From the NCBI GenBank assembly GCA_950097015.1, contig CATNEN010000015.1, forward strand, positions 186,001 to 250,000: a stretch of DNA of 64,000 nucleotides, written 5' to 3'. Shown here in pieces: positions 35,401 to 48,100 of this stretch. The DNA is from Macrostomum hystrix. Taxonomy: Eukaryota > Animalia > Platyhelminthes. The notes under the pieces are model-generated. The model had not been told where the DNA came from. It did not search any database and saw nothing but the letters and a program-made list of their open reading frames with translations. How positions within the stretch are numbered: position 1 is the first letter of the stretch; each line of letters begins with the position of its first letter. A program made the position numbers and the translations under genes.

Positions 35401-38400
35401 TATAGCCAGCGGTGTAGACATTCAGTAGGCTGAAGCAGTCGACGTCCAGCTTGTTGACGGTGCAGCGGTCGTTGAATTCTCCGAAAACGGCATGCTCCTG
35501 GATATGCAGGCGGTATGCTCAGATTTGAGGATATGGATATTAGAAAACTCAGCTGCAGCAGGTTTTTGTTACTGCCATTCTCAGCACCGAGTCTCACCTG
35601 TCTAATGAAAGCAATGTAGAACAATGAGGCGTAGTTGTTGGCGCAGCGGAGCGCGAATGCCTTCATGGCGTAGGACGCGTCGTAGTCGCTGGCGAATTCG
35701 TGATTCTCTGGCAGAAGTGAAGAAATTCGTGCAAGCCTTTGAGAAGAAATAAATAATTTGACTTAATCCTTAGCGAAGAATCTTACTCACCCCAGTCGGT
35801 TATCTTCTTAGCCAATCGGCTGTAGGCCTGTAAGTAAATTTATCCACTTTTTTAGCTCTTGAGTTCTCAGCGTCTCGCAGAAGAAACTAAATTAAATGCT
35901 TGAGCACAGCTCACCCAGTCCAGTAGGGCCATGAGCAGCAAGTGGCCAGTGATGGGCAAGATGATGGACAGGAAGATGCACTCAGCCTGGCTGCTGGAGC
36001 TGCCGCAGTGCCGTCTTGATGCCACCAGCTTGGTCACTTCGAATGCCACTGCGACAGCCACCACAATGGAGACCTTTTTAAGTTGGTTTGCATTTTTAGT
36101 TGTACAGCCAGTGTCTCTTTTAAACGCTGCGTACAGATGCTCAGTCCATGGACTAGGGGAATGCCACCACAACAAGCCAGATTTCTATTCCAACAAACGC
36201 TGGTACCCAATTCGACTGAATTGCTAGGCCTCTTGAATGATCCAAGCTGAGTACTGTACAAGGGATCCGTGCCCAAACTCACCCACAGCAGGACGAACGA
36301 GAAGACCCCGAAGCAGCGGTGGCAGTGGTTGCGCTTCTGGCAGCAGACCTATGGGATGAACGGCGGTGCGGATTAGCGCCACAACCAGGACATGGATTTG
36401 ATTTTCTGCGGACTCACCGGGTAGAAAATCTTCCGCTTCGGCGTGAAGCCTGGCCGCCGCTTCTCCGCCAGCCCGCACTCGTGCACGCCCCACCGGTGGC
36501 TGAGGTCGGCCTCGTACTTTCGCCAGTGCCGCGCCGAGGCGAGACTCCAAGCTGTCAGCACTCCGCCGAATGGAATTGTGAGGTGGTTTTCAAACATCAG
36601 CCTGATGAACTGCATCAACTGGATGAGGTTGATGGTAAACCTGTACGGAAATGGTTGCGAATTCACATCTCCAACGACACTCGATTGCGAAAGAGTTTTT
36701 TAAGACACAAAAGCAGCCGATAGCAAGACGTACGCATTTCCGTCCGTATAGGCCGAACTGCTGTTTTGCAGCTTCACCATCTGCTTCCCCGACTCCGTCA
36801 CGTAGTTCAGCGAGCTGAGGAGAGTATTCAAAAGTGCTGCAAAATTATTTAAACATGGCCAGTGAAATTTGAGTAGCTTGGAAAGAAGCTGCTTACGCAT
36901 TGACCAAGCCGTAGGCCATAAAAGCCAATCCAACAGCAACCAATGAAAACATCGAGCTGATGAGGTGACCGAGCCAGGCGTGGTGGAAGGCCAGCCGTTC
37001 GCCAAAGTACAGTCGGATGAGGCGCAACGGCTGAAAGCGGCAGCAGCAGTGCCAAGTTTTGTAGAGTTGGCGGCGAAGGTCGCGAGTTCGAGGCTGCACG
37101 GCTGCGCTATGAAGCGGTCCCACTTCGGGAGCCAGCGTCAGTTCGGGAAGCTCCTGCTGCGAGCTCTCTGTCTCCTCCGGACTGATGGACGCTTCGTCCC
37201 GGCGACCGCAGCACCCGCAGAGACAGCAGACGCCGCACTTTCCGCCTCCAGAAGCTCGCCAGCCTTCAGGCAGGGATTCGTCGTGCAGGGCGAACTCGTC
37301 GGCGAAGATCTTTGCGTCCAGAAGATGCTCCAGAACTGCGGTGGGAAAATTGAAGCACTGTCAGTCAGAACAAAGGACTGAATTATCGATTAAGTGAAAT
37401 ACTGACCAATTGGTCGGTTCTCGATGATGCGCCACTTCAATCTTCGGCAGTAGATGCAGTCCACAGAGCACAGCTCAGTGCCCGGATGCGGCCCCAGCAC
37501 TCGACGAAGCTCAGAGTGAATGTCCAGCCGATGCAGCATCGAATGTGTCTGTAAAGAGGGTCTGTCCGTGTCAGCCTGTCTCATTTCTTTTAGTCATGCA
37601 TGAGGAAGCATACCAGATAGATCCTCTGGGCCTCAGTCAGTGGGATCGAGTCGCCGCAGCCATTCGCAGTTGCACTTTTCTCCTCAGCAGCATCAACGCC
37701 AGCTTCAGGCTTCTCAGCAGCCGGGCTTGCAGGTCCACCGAAGAACAGATGCCTCTTCGATTGCACAAACGGAGCGGTGATGAAATCCACTGGGGAGGAA
37801 CGTGCGTAATTTTTAATAGAGAATTCTGTATTTACTATGCATAAAAAAGCGCTGAGCTCTGTCTGCTCACGTCTCTTATCGTTGAGCGGATGATCCTGGC
37901 CGCAGTCATCGTCCGGAGCTTCAAGCGGCCTGCAGCCAAGGCTACAGCGGCAGTCTTCGCGCTCTGGCAGCTCGTGGCACAGTGCTAGGGGATTTCCAGC
38001 GTGCTAGGGAGCGAGCAAGTAGAGATGAGGATCAGGGACGCAAGTTAGTAAGTTATTGATCCATGATATCTGACTTCCCACCTGAGTCCCGAACCATAGT
38101 CTCCATTTGGTCCAAACTCTGTCCTTGACATCGCGTCTAAGTGTTCGCCCAACTGAACTTTCATTCGCAAAACGGTTAACCCAACAGACTCGGAAGAAAC
38201 GGCTTTTCAAACTGCGTACAGTTTCGTTATGTACTCACATCCTTTAGCGGTAGCCGCAGCTTGGCATACTCAGCCTCCGTCATGAGTGCCTCTTCGGACG
38301 CTGTGAAGGCCCAGTAGAAGGTCCTGTACTGAGCCTTTCTGGACCGGTGGCGCTTTCGACCCGAGACCCCGTTCGGCACTGCAGCCGAGTCAGCTGCCGG

Positions 38401-38562
38401 CAGCTCCATCGAGTATTTGTCTATGGCCAAGCCCCTCTCCGTAGCCATCTGTTCGAAGATGCGCCGGCAGGTGTGCTTAAGGGTGCAGCTGCCGTCCTCC
38501 TGGAAACTGCGCACCTTGGCGTAGAACAGTACATAGTCCGCCGGCTGCGGGCCGCAACTCAT
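32471..38562 (-). CDS. Anoctamin/TMEM16 family protein, paralogue A; 17 exons: 38239-38562, 37871-38003, 37614-37789, 37407-37548, 36897-37335, 36734-36814, 36418-36640, 36283-36348, 35915-36073, 35791-35827, 35598-35707, 35355-35497, 33885-34185, 33532-33807, 33375-33455, 33229-33299, 32471-32564; 951 aa
   Basis: DYVLFY, FALHD, QPLRLIRLYFGERLAF..WLG, TDWENH, KAF..ANNYASLFYIAF, DEHLE and IDLRLDAK..RRP. Exon lengths sum to 2856 nt with a continuous frame. Confidence 0.9.
32629..33181. repeat. 40-bp minisatellite (~14 copies) in the last intron of anoctamin A
   Basis: Unit CTGACCAAGCACTGGTAACTTGCGTCAGCAGATGCTAAGA. Confidence 0.97.
34255..35340. repeat. 24-bp minisatellite (~45 copies) in intron 12 of anoctamin A
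   Basis: Unit CAGCCACCCCAGCCTCCGCTCTCC, with higher-order structure. Confidence 0.97.
36110..36165 (-). mobile_element. Short SINE family B tail fragment in an anoctamin A intron
   Basis: CAGTCCATGGACT at 36142-36154 next to GCTGCGTACAG. Confidence 0.55.
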
Positions 38563-39639
38563 TATCACAGTCTAACTCGGCTTTGGCTTCGATTTCTGCT
38601 CTCTTGCTTCTGGCTCTGGCTCTTTGCGGAAGCCCTTTGTGGTCTCAGATGGCGCTGGCAGCAGCACTTATAAGCCTTTTTAACTGCTGCCCTAATGAAC
38701 AGACGATCGCGAGAAGGCCAGCCGAAAGAAGGAGACGAAAGCAGGCAGCTGCGGTGTCTAATAAGGTACACTTAAACTGTGCCCTCTGTCTTTCTCTTTC
38801 TGTATATTTTTCAGCCTCGCTGCCTGCATGCTTTGGCAGCTGATCTTGAGCACATTTGGGGAGTCGGAGATTCTGCTGGGCTCGCTAGATTAGGTGCACA
38901 GAGAGTTTCGACACATTGATGCAATAGTGCCTAGTAAGTGAAGGCTCTGACATTTCCAAGCAGCTTATTTTTAGGCTAAAAGACTAAATTGTTAAAAATG
39001 TCGCAGCCTCGATTGTGTCATGACCATTTTAGCAGGAAAAATAACTGTTAACTGTGCCCCTTGACAACAGGTGCATGAAGAACTTGTTTTCAATCTGCAT
39101 TACCTTATTGAATAACTGTTCGATGGTCTACTTTTGTGAAAACTTTTTTTCAGTCTCTCACTGGATTCCGCAAATCCCAGTATTCTAAAAACTGTAAGTC
39201 CTAAATAAAAGGAAACGGTTGAGCGCAGTGTATAATTGCAGTTAAAGTACATTAGTGCTAACTATGATCTTAAATGCATAGCGTTAGGCAATAGGATCAG
39301 ACAGCAATAAGTACTTCATTTTTTTCTAGTGATAACAAAGCCAACAATGCATCGAGACGACTGCTATCAAAGTTGTCTGCACCCACCCGTAACTGTTCAG
39401 CGTCAGAAAGAGCGTTGCAAACCATTTTCCTTTCAAAGCAACATCTAAACATTGGGCTTCACTGCAGCCGACATGGAAGGCAGACCTCGGCGCCATCATC
39501 TGCCTGAGACAGTAGGCTCTTGGAGCAATAAAAAGTACCGCAACTGTCAATCAAACATCGCTTTGAAGACAGACGATAACATCTTAACTTTTTTCCGCAG
39601 CTGTTGTCATTCGCGTGGTTGCCCTGTGTTTGTTACTGT

Positions 39640-41746
39640 TAGCTCATATCATTGTCTGTGTGAAGCTGTGAGCTCATATCATTGTGTGTGTGTGATGTGA
39701 GTGAAGCTCTGAGCTCATATCATTGTGTGTGTGTGATGCTGTGAGCTCATATCATTGTGTGTGTGTGATGTGAGTGAAGCTCTGAGCTCATATCATTGTG
39801 TGTGTGTGTTGCTGTGAGCTCATATCATTGTGTGTGTGTGAAGCTCTGAGCTCATATCATTGTGTGTGTGTGAAGCTGTGAGCTCATATCATTGTGTGTG
39901 TGTGAAGCTGTGAGCTCATATCATTGTGTGTGTGTGTTGCTGTGAGCTCATATCATTGTGTGTGTGTGAAGCTGTGAGCTCATATCATTGTGTGTGTGTG
40001 ATGCTGTGAGCTCATATCATTGTGTGTGAGTGAAGCTCTGAGCTCATATCATTGTGTGTGTGTGATGCTGTGAGCTCATATCATTGTGTGTGTGTGATGC
40101 TGTGAGCTCATATCATTGTGTGTGTGTGTTGCTGTGAGCTCATATCATTGTGTGTGTGTGAAGCTGTGAGCTCATATCATTGTGTGTGTGTGATGCTGTG
40201 AGCTCATATCATTGTGTGTGTGTGATGCTGTGAGCTCATATCATTGTGTGTGTGTGTTGCTGTGAGCTCATATCATTGTGTGTGTGTGAAGCTGTGAGCT
40301 CATATCATTGTGTGTGTGTGATGCTGTGAGCTCATATCATTGTGTGTGAGTGAAGCTCTGAGCTCATATCATTGTGTGTGTGTGATGCTGTGAGCTCATA
40401 TCATTGTGTGTGTGTGATGTGAGTGAAGCTCTGAGCTCATATCATTGTGTGTGTGTGATGCTGTGAGCTCATATCATTGTGTGTGTGTGATGTGAGTGAA
40501 GCTCTGAGCTCATATCATTGTGTGTGTGTGTTGCTGTGAGCTCATATCATTGTGTGTGTGTGAAGCTGTGAGCTCATATCATTGTGTGTGTGTGATGCTG
40601 TGAGCTCATATCATTGTGTGTGTGTGATGCTGTGAGCTCATATCATTGTGTGTGTGTGTTGCTGTGAGCTCATATCATTGTGTGTGTGAAGCTCTGAGCT
40701 CATATCATTGTGTGTGTGTGATGTGAGTGAAGCTCTGAGCTCATATCATTGTGTGTGTGTGATGCTGTGAGCTCATATCATTGTGTGTGTGTGATGCTGT
40801 GAGCTCATATCATTGTGTGTGTGTGTTGCTGTGAGCTCATATCATTGTGTGTGTGTGAAGCTGTGAGCTCATATCATTGTGTGTGTGTGATGCTGTGAGC
40901 TCATATCATTGTGTGTGAGTGAAGCTCTGAGCTCATATCATTGTGTGTGTGTGATGCTGTGAGCTCATATCATTGTGTGTGTGTGATGCTGTGAGCTCAT
41001 ATCATTGTGTGTGTGTGTTGCTGTGAGCTCATATCATTGTGTGTGTGTGAAGCTGTGAGCTCATATCATTGTGTGTGTGTGATGCTGTGAGCTCATATCA
41101 TTGTGTGTGAGTGAAGCTCTGAGCTCATATCATTGTGTGTGTGTGAAGCTGTGAGCTCATATCATTGTGTGTGTGTGATGCTGTGAGCTCATATCATTGT
41201 GTGTGTGTGTTGCTGTGAGCTCATATCATTGTGTGTGTGTGAAGCTGTGAGCTCATATCATTGTGTGTGTGTGTGTTGCTGTGAGCTCATATCATTGTGT
41301 GTGTGAAGCTCTGAGCTCATATCATTGTGTGTGTGTGAAGCTCTGAGCTCATATCATTGTGTGTGTGTGAAGCTGTGAGCTCATATCATTGTGTGTGTGT
41401 GAAGCTGTGAGCTCATATCATTGTGTGTGTGTGTTGCTGTGAGCTCATATCATTGTGTGTGTGAAGCTCTGAGCTCATATCATTGTGTGTGTGTGTGTTG
41501 CTCATATCATTGTGTGTGTGTGATGCTCATATCATTGTGTGTGTGTGTTGCTCATATCATTGTGTGTGTGTGTTGCTCATATCATTGTGTGTGTGTTGCT
41601 CATATCATTGTGTGTGTGTTGCTCATATCATTGTGTGTGTGTTGCTCATATCATTGTGTGTGTGTTGCTCATATCATTGTGTGTGTGTTGCTCATATCAT
41701 TGTGTGTGTGTTGCTCATATCGTTGTGTGTGTGTTGCTCATATCAT
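39640..41746. repeat. ~2.1-kb compound satellite of GCTCATATCAT(TG)n units (~30-33 bp, shortening to ~21 bp)
   Basis: Read directly; variable-length TG microsatellite inside each unit. Confidence 0.97.
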
Positions 41747-42104
41747 GTTGTTCAGTGCTCCATGATTCAATTAACTCAAAAGCAGCTGCATGACTTTGGT
41801 CAATCTGTGGCTGACACTAAAGGAAGCATTTATTTGCAGCTGGCGCAAGAGGGTCAGCAAGACGTTGGTTTTGATGTGAGCAAATATCGGAAAGATCTTG
41901 GGGGCTATTACATTATCTGGTAATCTGGTAATCTGTGAGCGTACTACACAGCAATAAAGTTAATTACAGTTGGCATTAAGAAAAGCAAATTTTGAGCATT
42001 CTGTGAAATTCTGTTTCCAACAATTCAACAATTAGTTGAGTTTCAGTAGCAAGTCCGAAATTCAATACTAGCTGATCCGACGGCAGCTGTTCAAACTTCA
42101 AAGG

Positions 42105-45100
42105 CTAGACCAGCTGCGGTCCCGCCTCCGGGTTCGGCGTGGTGATGCTAGCGCAGCACGGGAACAGGGCGTGGTACCAGCGGTTCTTGTCCTGCATCCT
42201 GTGGCGTTGACCAAAGCAGTTGTCGGGCTTATTACAATTGATACCTGTGCACTGATTGCCACTGCACTGCCTGTGATACCTGTGCACTGATTGCCACTGC
42301 ACTGCCTGTGATACCTGTGCACTGATTGCCACTGCACTGCCTGTGATACCTGTGCACTGATTGCCACTGCACTGCCTGTGATACCTGTGCACTGATTGCC
42401 ACTGCACTGCCTGTGATACCTGTGCACTGATTGCCACTGCACTGCCTGTGATACCTGCGCACTGATTGCCACTGCACTGCCTGTGATACCTGTGCACTGA
42501 TTGCCACTGCACTGCCTGTGATACCTGCGCACTGATTGCCACTGCACTGCCTGTGATACCTGCGCACTGATTGCCACTGCACTGCCTGTGATACCTGCGC
42601 ACTGATTGCCACTGCACTGCCTGTGATACCTGCGCACTGATTGCCACTGCACTGCCTGTGATACCTACGCACTGATTGCCACTGCACTGCCTGTGATACC
42701 TGTGCACTGATTGCCACTGCACTGCCTGTGATACCTGTGCACTGATTGCCACTGCACTGCCTGTGATACCTGTGCACTGATTGCCACTGCACTGCCTGTG
42801 ATACCTGCGCACTGATTGCCACTGCACTGCCTGTGATACCTGTGCACTGATTGCCACTGCACTGCCTGTGATACCTGTGCACTGATTGCCACTGCACTGC
42901 CTGTGATACCTGTGCACTGATTGCCACTGCACTGCCTGTGATACCTGTGCACTGATTGCCACTGCACTGCCTGTGATACATGTGCACTGATTGCCACTGC
43001 ACTGCCTTTGATACCTGTGCACTGATTGCCACTGCACTGCCTGTGATACCTGTGCACTGATTGCCACTGCACTGCCTGTGATACCTGTGCACTGATTGCC
43101 ACTGCACTGCCTGTGATACCTGCGCACTGATTGCCACTGCACTGCCTGTGATACCTGTGCACTGATTGCCACTGCACTGCCTGTGATACCTGCGCACTGA
43201 TTGCCACTGCACTGCCTGTGATACCTGCGCACTGATTGCCACTGCACTGCCTGTGATACCTGTGCACTGATTGCCACTGCACTGCCTGTGATACCTGCGC
43301 ACTGATTGCCACTGCACTGCCTGTGATACCTGTGCACTGATTGCCACTGCACTGCCTGTGATACCTGTGCACTGATTGCCACTGCACTGCCTGTGATACC
43401 TGTGCACTGATTGCCACTGCACTGCCTGTGATACCTGTGCACTGATTGCCACTGCACTGCCTGTGATACATGTGCACTGATTGCCACTGCACTGCCTTTG
43501 ATACCTGTGCACTGATTGCCACTGCACTGCCTGTGATACCTGTGCACTGATTGCCACTGCACTGCCTGTGATACCTGTGCACTGATTGCCACTGCACTGC
43601 CTGTGATACCTGCGCACTGATTGCCACTGCACTGCCTGTGATACCTGTGCACTGATTGCCACTGCACTGCCTGTGATACCTGCGCACTGATTGCCACTGC
43701 ACTGCCTGTGATACCTGTGCACTGATTGCCACTGCACTGCCTGTGATACCTGTGCACTGATTGCCACTGCACTGCCTGTGATACCTGCGCACTGATTGCC
43801 ACTGCACTGCCTGTGATACCTGTGCGCTGATTGCCACTGCACTGCCTGTGATACCTGCGCACTGATTGCCACTGCACTGCCTGTGATACCTGTGCACTGA
43901 TTGCCACTGCACTGCCTGTGATACCTGTGCACTGATTGCCACTGCACTGCCTGTGATACCTGTGAAATGGACTGCTAGCTCGTAAGAAAAAATGCGGACT
44001 CACTTCTTCAGGCTGTCCAGAACAGCCGGTTCGACCGCATCGTCCGTTAGAATTTTGTTGACGTAGAAATATTCCTGCAATGAAAGCAAATCCTGCGACT
44101 GAATGAATTTCAAACTAAGTAGCATGGAATGTTGAAAGTACAAGCAATCACTGCTGACCCATTTCAGGCAGAGTTTGATCTTTCGCGGCATTTCGCCGAT
44201 AGAAACTGTGAGCAAAAACTTCACGGCCAGCATCACGTTCTGAAATTTGGGAAAGTTCATAGCATGGACTTGCGAATAGGGCATAATGTTCCGTGCTTAA
44301 ATAGAAGGAATGATTGAGTATGTTTTGTAGGACAGTTATTATAGGACAGGTATTATAGGACAGGTATTATAGGACAGGTATTATAGGACAGGTATTATAG
44401 GACAGGTATTATAGGACAGGTATTATAGGACAGGTATTATAGGACAGGTATTATAGGACAGGTATTATAGGACAGGTATTATGGGACAGTTATTATAGAA
44501 CAGGCTATATAGGACAGTTATTATAGGACAGGTATTATAGGACAGGTATTATGGGACAGTTATTATAGGACAGGTATTATAGGACAGGTATTATAGGACA
44601 GGTATTATGGGGCAGTTATTATAGAACAGGCTATATAGGACAGTTATTATAGGACAGGTATTATAGGACAGGTATTATGGGACAGTTATTATAGAACAGG
44701 CTATATAGGACAGTTATTATAGGACAGGTATTATAGGACAGGTATTATGGGACAGTCAATATAGGACAGTTATTATAGGACAGGTATTATAGGACAGGTA
44801 TTATGGGACAGTTATTATAGAACAGGCTATATAGGACAGTTATTATAGGACAGGTATTATAGGACAGGTATTATGGGACAGTCATTATAGGACAGTTATT
44901 ATAGGACAGGTATTATAGGACAGGTATTATGGGACAGTTATTATAGAACAGGCTATATAGGACAGTTATTATAGGACAGGTATTATAGGACAGGTATTAT
45001 GGGACAGTTATTATAGAACAGGTATTATAGGACAGGTATTATGGGACAGTTATTATAGAACAGGTATTATAGGACAGGTATTATGGGACAGTTATTATAG

Positions 45101-48100
45101 AACAGGTATTATAGGACAGGTATTATGGGACAGTTATTATAGGACAGTTATTATAGGACAGGTATTATAGGACAGGTATTATAGGACAGGTATTATAGGA
45201 CAGTTATTATAGGACAGGTATTATAGGACAGGTATTATGGGACAGTTATTATAGAACAGGTATTATAGGACAGGTATTATGGGACAGTTATTATAGAACA
45301 GGTATTATAGGACAGGTATTATGGGACAGTTATTATAGAACAGGTATTATAGGACAGGTATTATGGGACAGTTATTATAGGACAGTTATTATAGGACAGG
45401 TATTATAGGACAGGTATTATAGGACAGGTATTATAGGACAGGTATTATAGGACAGGTATTATAGGACAGGTATTATAGGACAGGTATTATAGGACAGGTA
45501 TTATAGGACAGGTATTATAGGACAGGTATTATAGGACAGGTATTATAGGACAGGTATTATAGGACAGGTATTATAGGACAGGTATTATAGGACAGGTATT
45601 ATAGGACAGGTATTATAGGACAGGCTATATAGGACAGGTATTATAGGACAGGTATTATTATCACGGCGCATCACCTCGAAAATGACGAAGAAGATGAGCC
45701 TGTTGGAATCCGTGGTGGCAACGCCGTAGATGCTGAGGCTCTGCGAGGTGAAGGCCAGGATGGCTCCGGTGGTGAAGATGCCGGCGTAGCTCAGGAAGTC
45801 CAGCATCCAGTTCCACACGCCGATGCCCTGGGCCTGCAGAGGCACCGGACGACGGTAGAGAAACAGCAGCCGCTTGGAGTCCAGCCTCAGGTCGATGGCC
45901 ATTGCTATAAGGGCGGCCGCTGGGGCCAAGTAGAAAGCCGAGCCGAACATCTGTGGGTGGCCCCGGACTGGCTGCGTGTGGGACTGGAGTGTGGGACTGG
46001 AGTGTGGGACTGGAGTGTGGGACTGGAGTGTGGGACTGGAGTGTGGGACTGGAGTGTGGGACTCACAGTCATGAATCCGTAGAGAATGACTTTCTCCAGA
46101 TACTCGTCCAGCAGCATCTCCTGCTCCTTGGATTTGATGAGGTGCCGCTGCTCGGCGAAGGCGAGAATTCCCCTGGGATTTCTCTCCCCCCGCTTGGCCA
46201 TGAAGTCGCGCTCCATCTCGGCCAAGATCTCCAGCTCCAGCGAGTAGCCCAGCATCTTGATGCAGGGGCAGCAGGCGCCCAGGAGACCGCGCAGGCACCG
46301 CAGCGTGCAGCCCGTCAGCAGGGCTGGCTTCAGGTAACTGGGGCGCGAGACAGGGTGGACAGAACTAATGACTGTCTCACCTGAGACCACTGAGCACTAC
46401 CTGAGACCACTGAGCACTACCTGAGACCACTGAGCACTACCTGAGACCACTGAGCACTACCTGAGACCACTGAGCACTACCTGAGACCACTGAGCACTAC
46501 CTGAGACCACTGAGCACTACCTGAGACCACTGAGCACTACCTGAGACCACTGAGCACTACCTGAGACCACTGAGCACTACCTGAGACCACTGAGCACTAC
46601 CTGAGACCACTGAGCACTACCTGAGACCACTGAGCACTACCTGAGACGGGTCCACACAGCCTGAGAACATTCTACACAGCCTGAGACCAGTCCACAGAGC
46701 CTGAGAACATTCTACACAGCCTGAGACCAGTCCACACAGCCTGAGACCAGCCCACACAGCCTGAGACCAGCCCACACAGCCTGAGACCAGCCCACACAGC
46801 CTGAGACCATGGCCCACACAGCCTGAGACCATCCCACACAGCCTGAGACCATCCCACACAGCCTGAGACCAGCCCACACAGCCTGAGACCAGCCCACACA
46901 GCCTGAGACCAGCCCACACAGCCTGAGACCAGCCCACACAGCCTGAGACCATCCCACACAGCCTGAGACCAGCCCACACAGCCTGAGACCAGCCCACACA
47001 GCCTGAGACCATCCCACACAGCCTGAGACCATCCCACACAGCCTGAGACCAGCCCACACAGCCTGAGACCATCCCACACAGCCTGAGACCATCCCACACA
47101 GCCTGAGACCAGCCCACACAGCCTGAGACCAGCCCACACAGCCTGAGACCAGCCCACACAGCCTGAGACCAGCCCACACAGCCTGAGACCAGCCCACACA
47201 GCCTGAGACCAGCCCACACAGCCTGAGACCAGCCCACACAGCCTGAGACCAGCCCACACAGCCTGAGACCAGCCCACACAGCCCGAGTCACACTCACGGC
47301 CAGATGATGTCGCAGAGGCTCTTGATCAAGGACTTGCCCACCATGTAGCCGGCCGTCATGATATTCAGCAGGTTGAAGCAGTCGATGCTGGCGTCGCCAA
47401 GGGCGCAGGAGTCACTGAAGCTGCCGATGGTGATGCGGCCCTGCAGTTCAGGCGAGTGCAGTTGAATCACGAGTTGATTTTGCTTTTCTAACAGTAGAAA
47501 GGCGACAAGGGCATTCCAAATACACACACTTTTCTTTTTTGTATCTCCCAGAACATTCTACCAATCGACATGAAAATCCATATTTTGGGCTAAAATTTTC
47601 TGCTGTATCCGATGAAACAACTTCCAGAATCACAGAACATCAGCATCGTCGAGATATTCAACGATTCTTGTCGGGGTGTCTGGTGGCAAAAACCACAAAT
47701 ATAGGCAGAATTTTTCGGCTCACAAATGTGATCACGCAGCCATGTCAGATATCATGGCAGCCATGTCAGATATCATGGCAGCCATGTCAGATATCATGGC
47801 AGCCATGTCAGATATCATTGTAGCCATGTCAGATATCATTGCAGCCATGTCAGATATCATTGCAGCCATGTCAGATATCATGGCAGCCATGTCAGATATC
47901 ATTGTAGCCATGTCAGATATCATTGCAGCCATGTCAGATATCATTGTAGCCATGTCAGATATCATTGCAGCCATGTCAGATATCATTGCAGCCATGTCAG
48001 ATATCATGGCAGCCATGTCAGATATCATTGTAGCCATGTCAGATATCATTGCAGCCATGTCAGATATCATTGCAGCCATGTCAGATATCATTGTAGCCAT

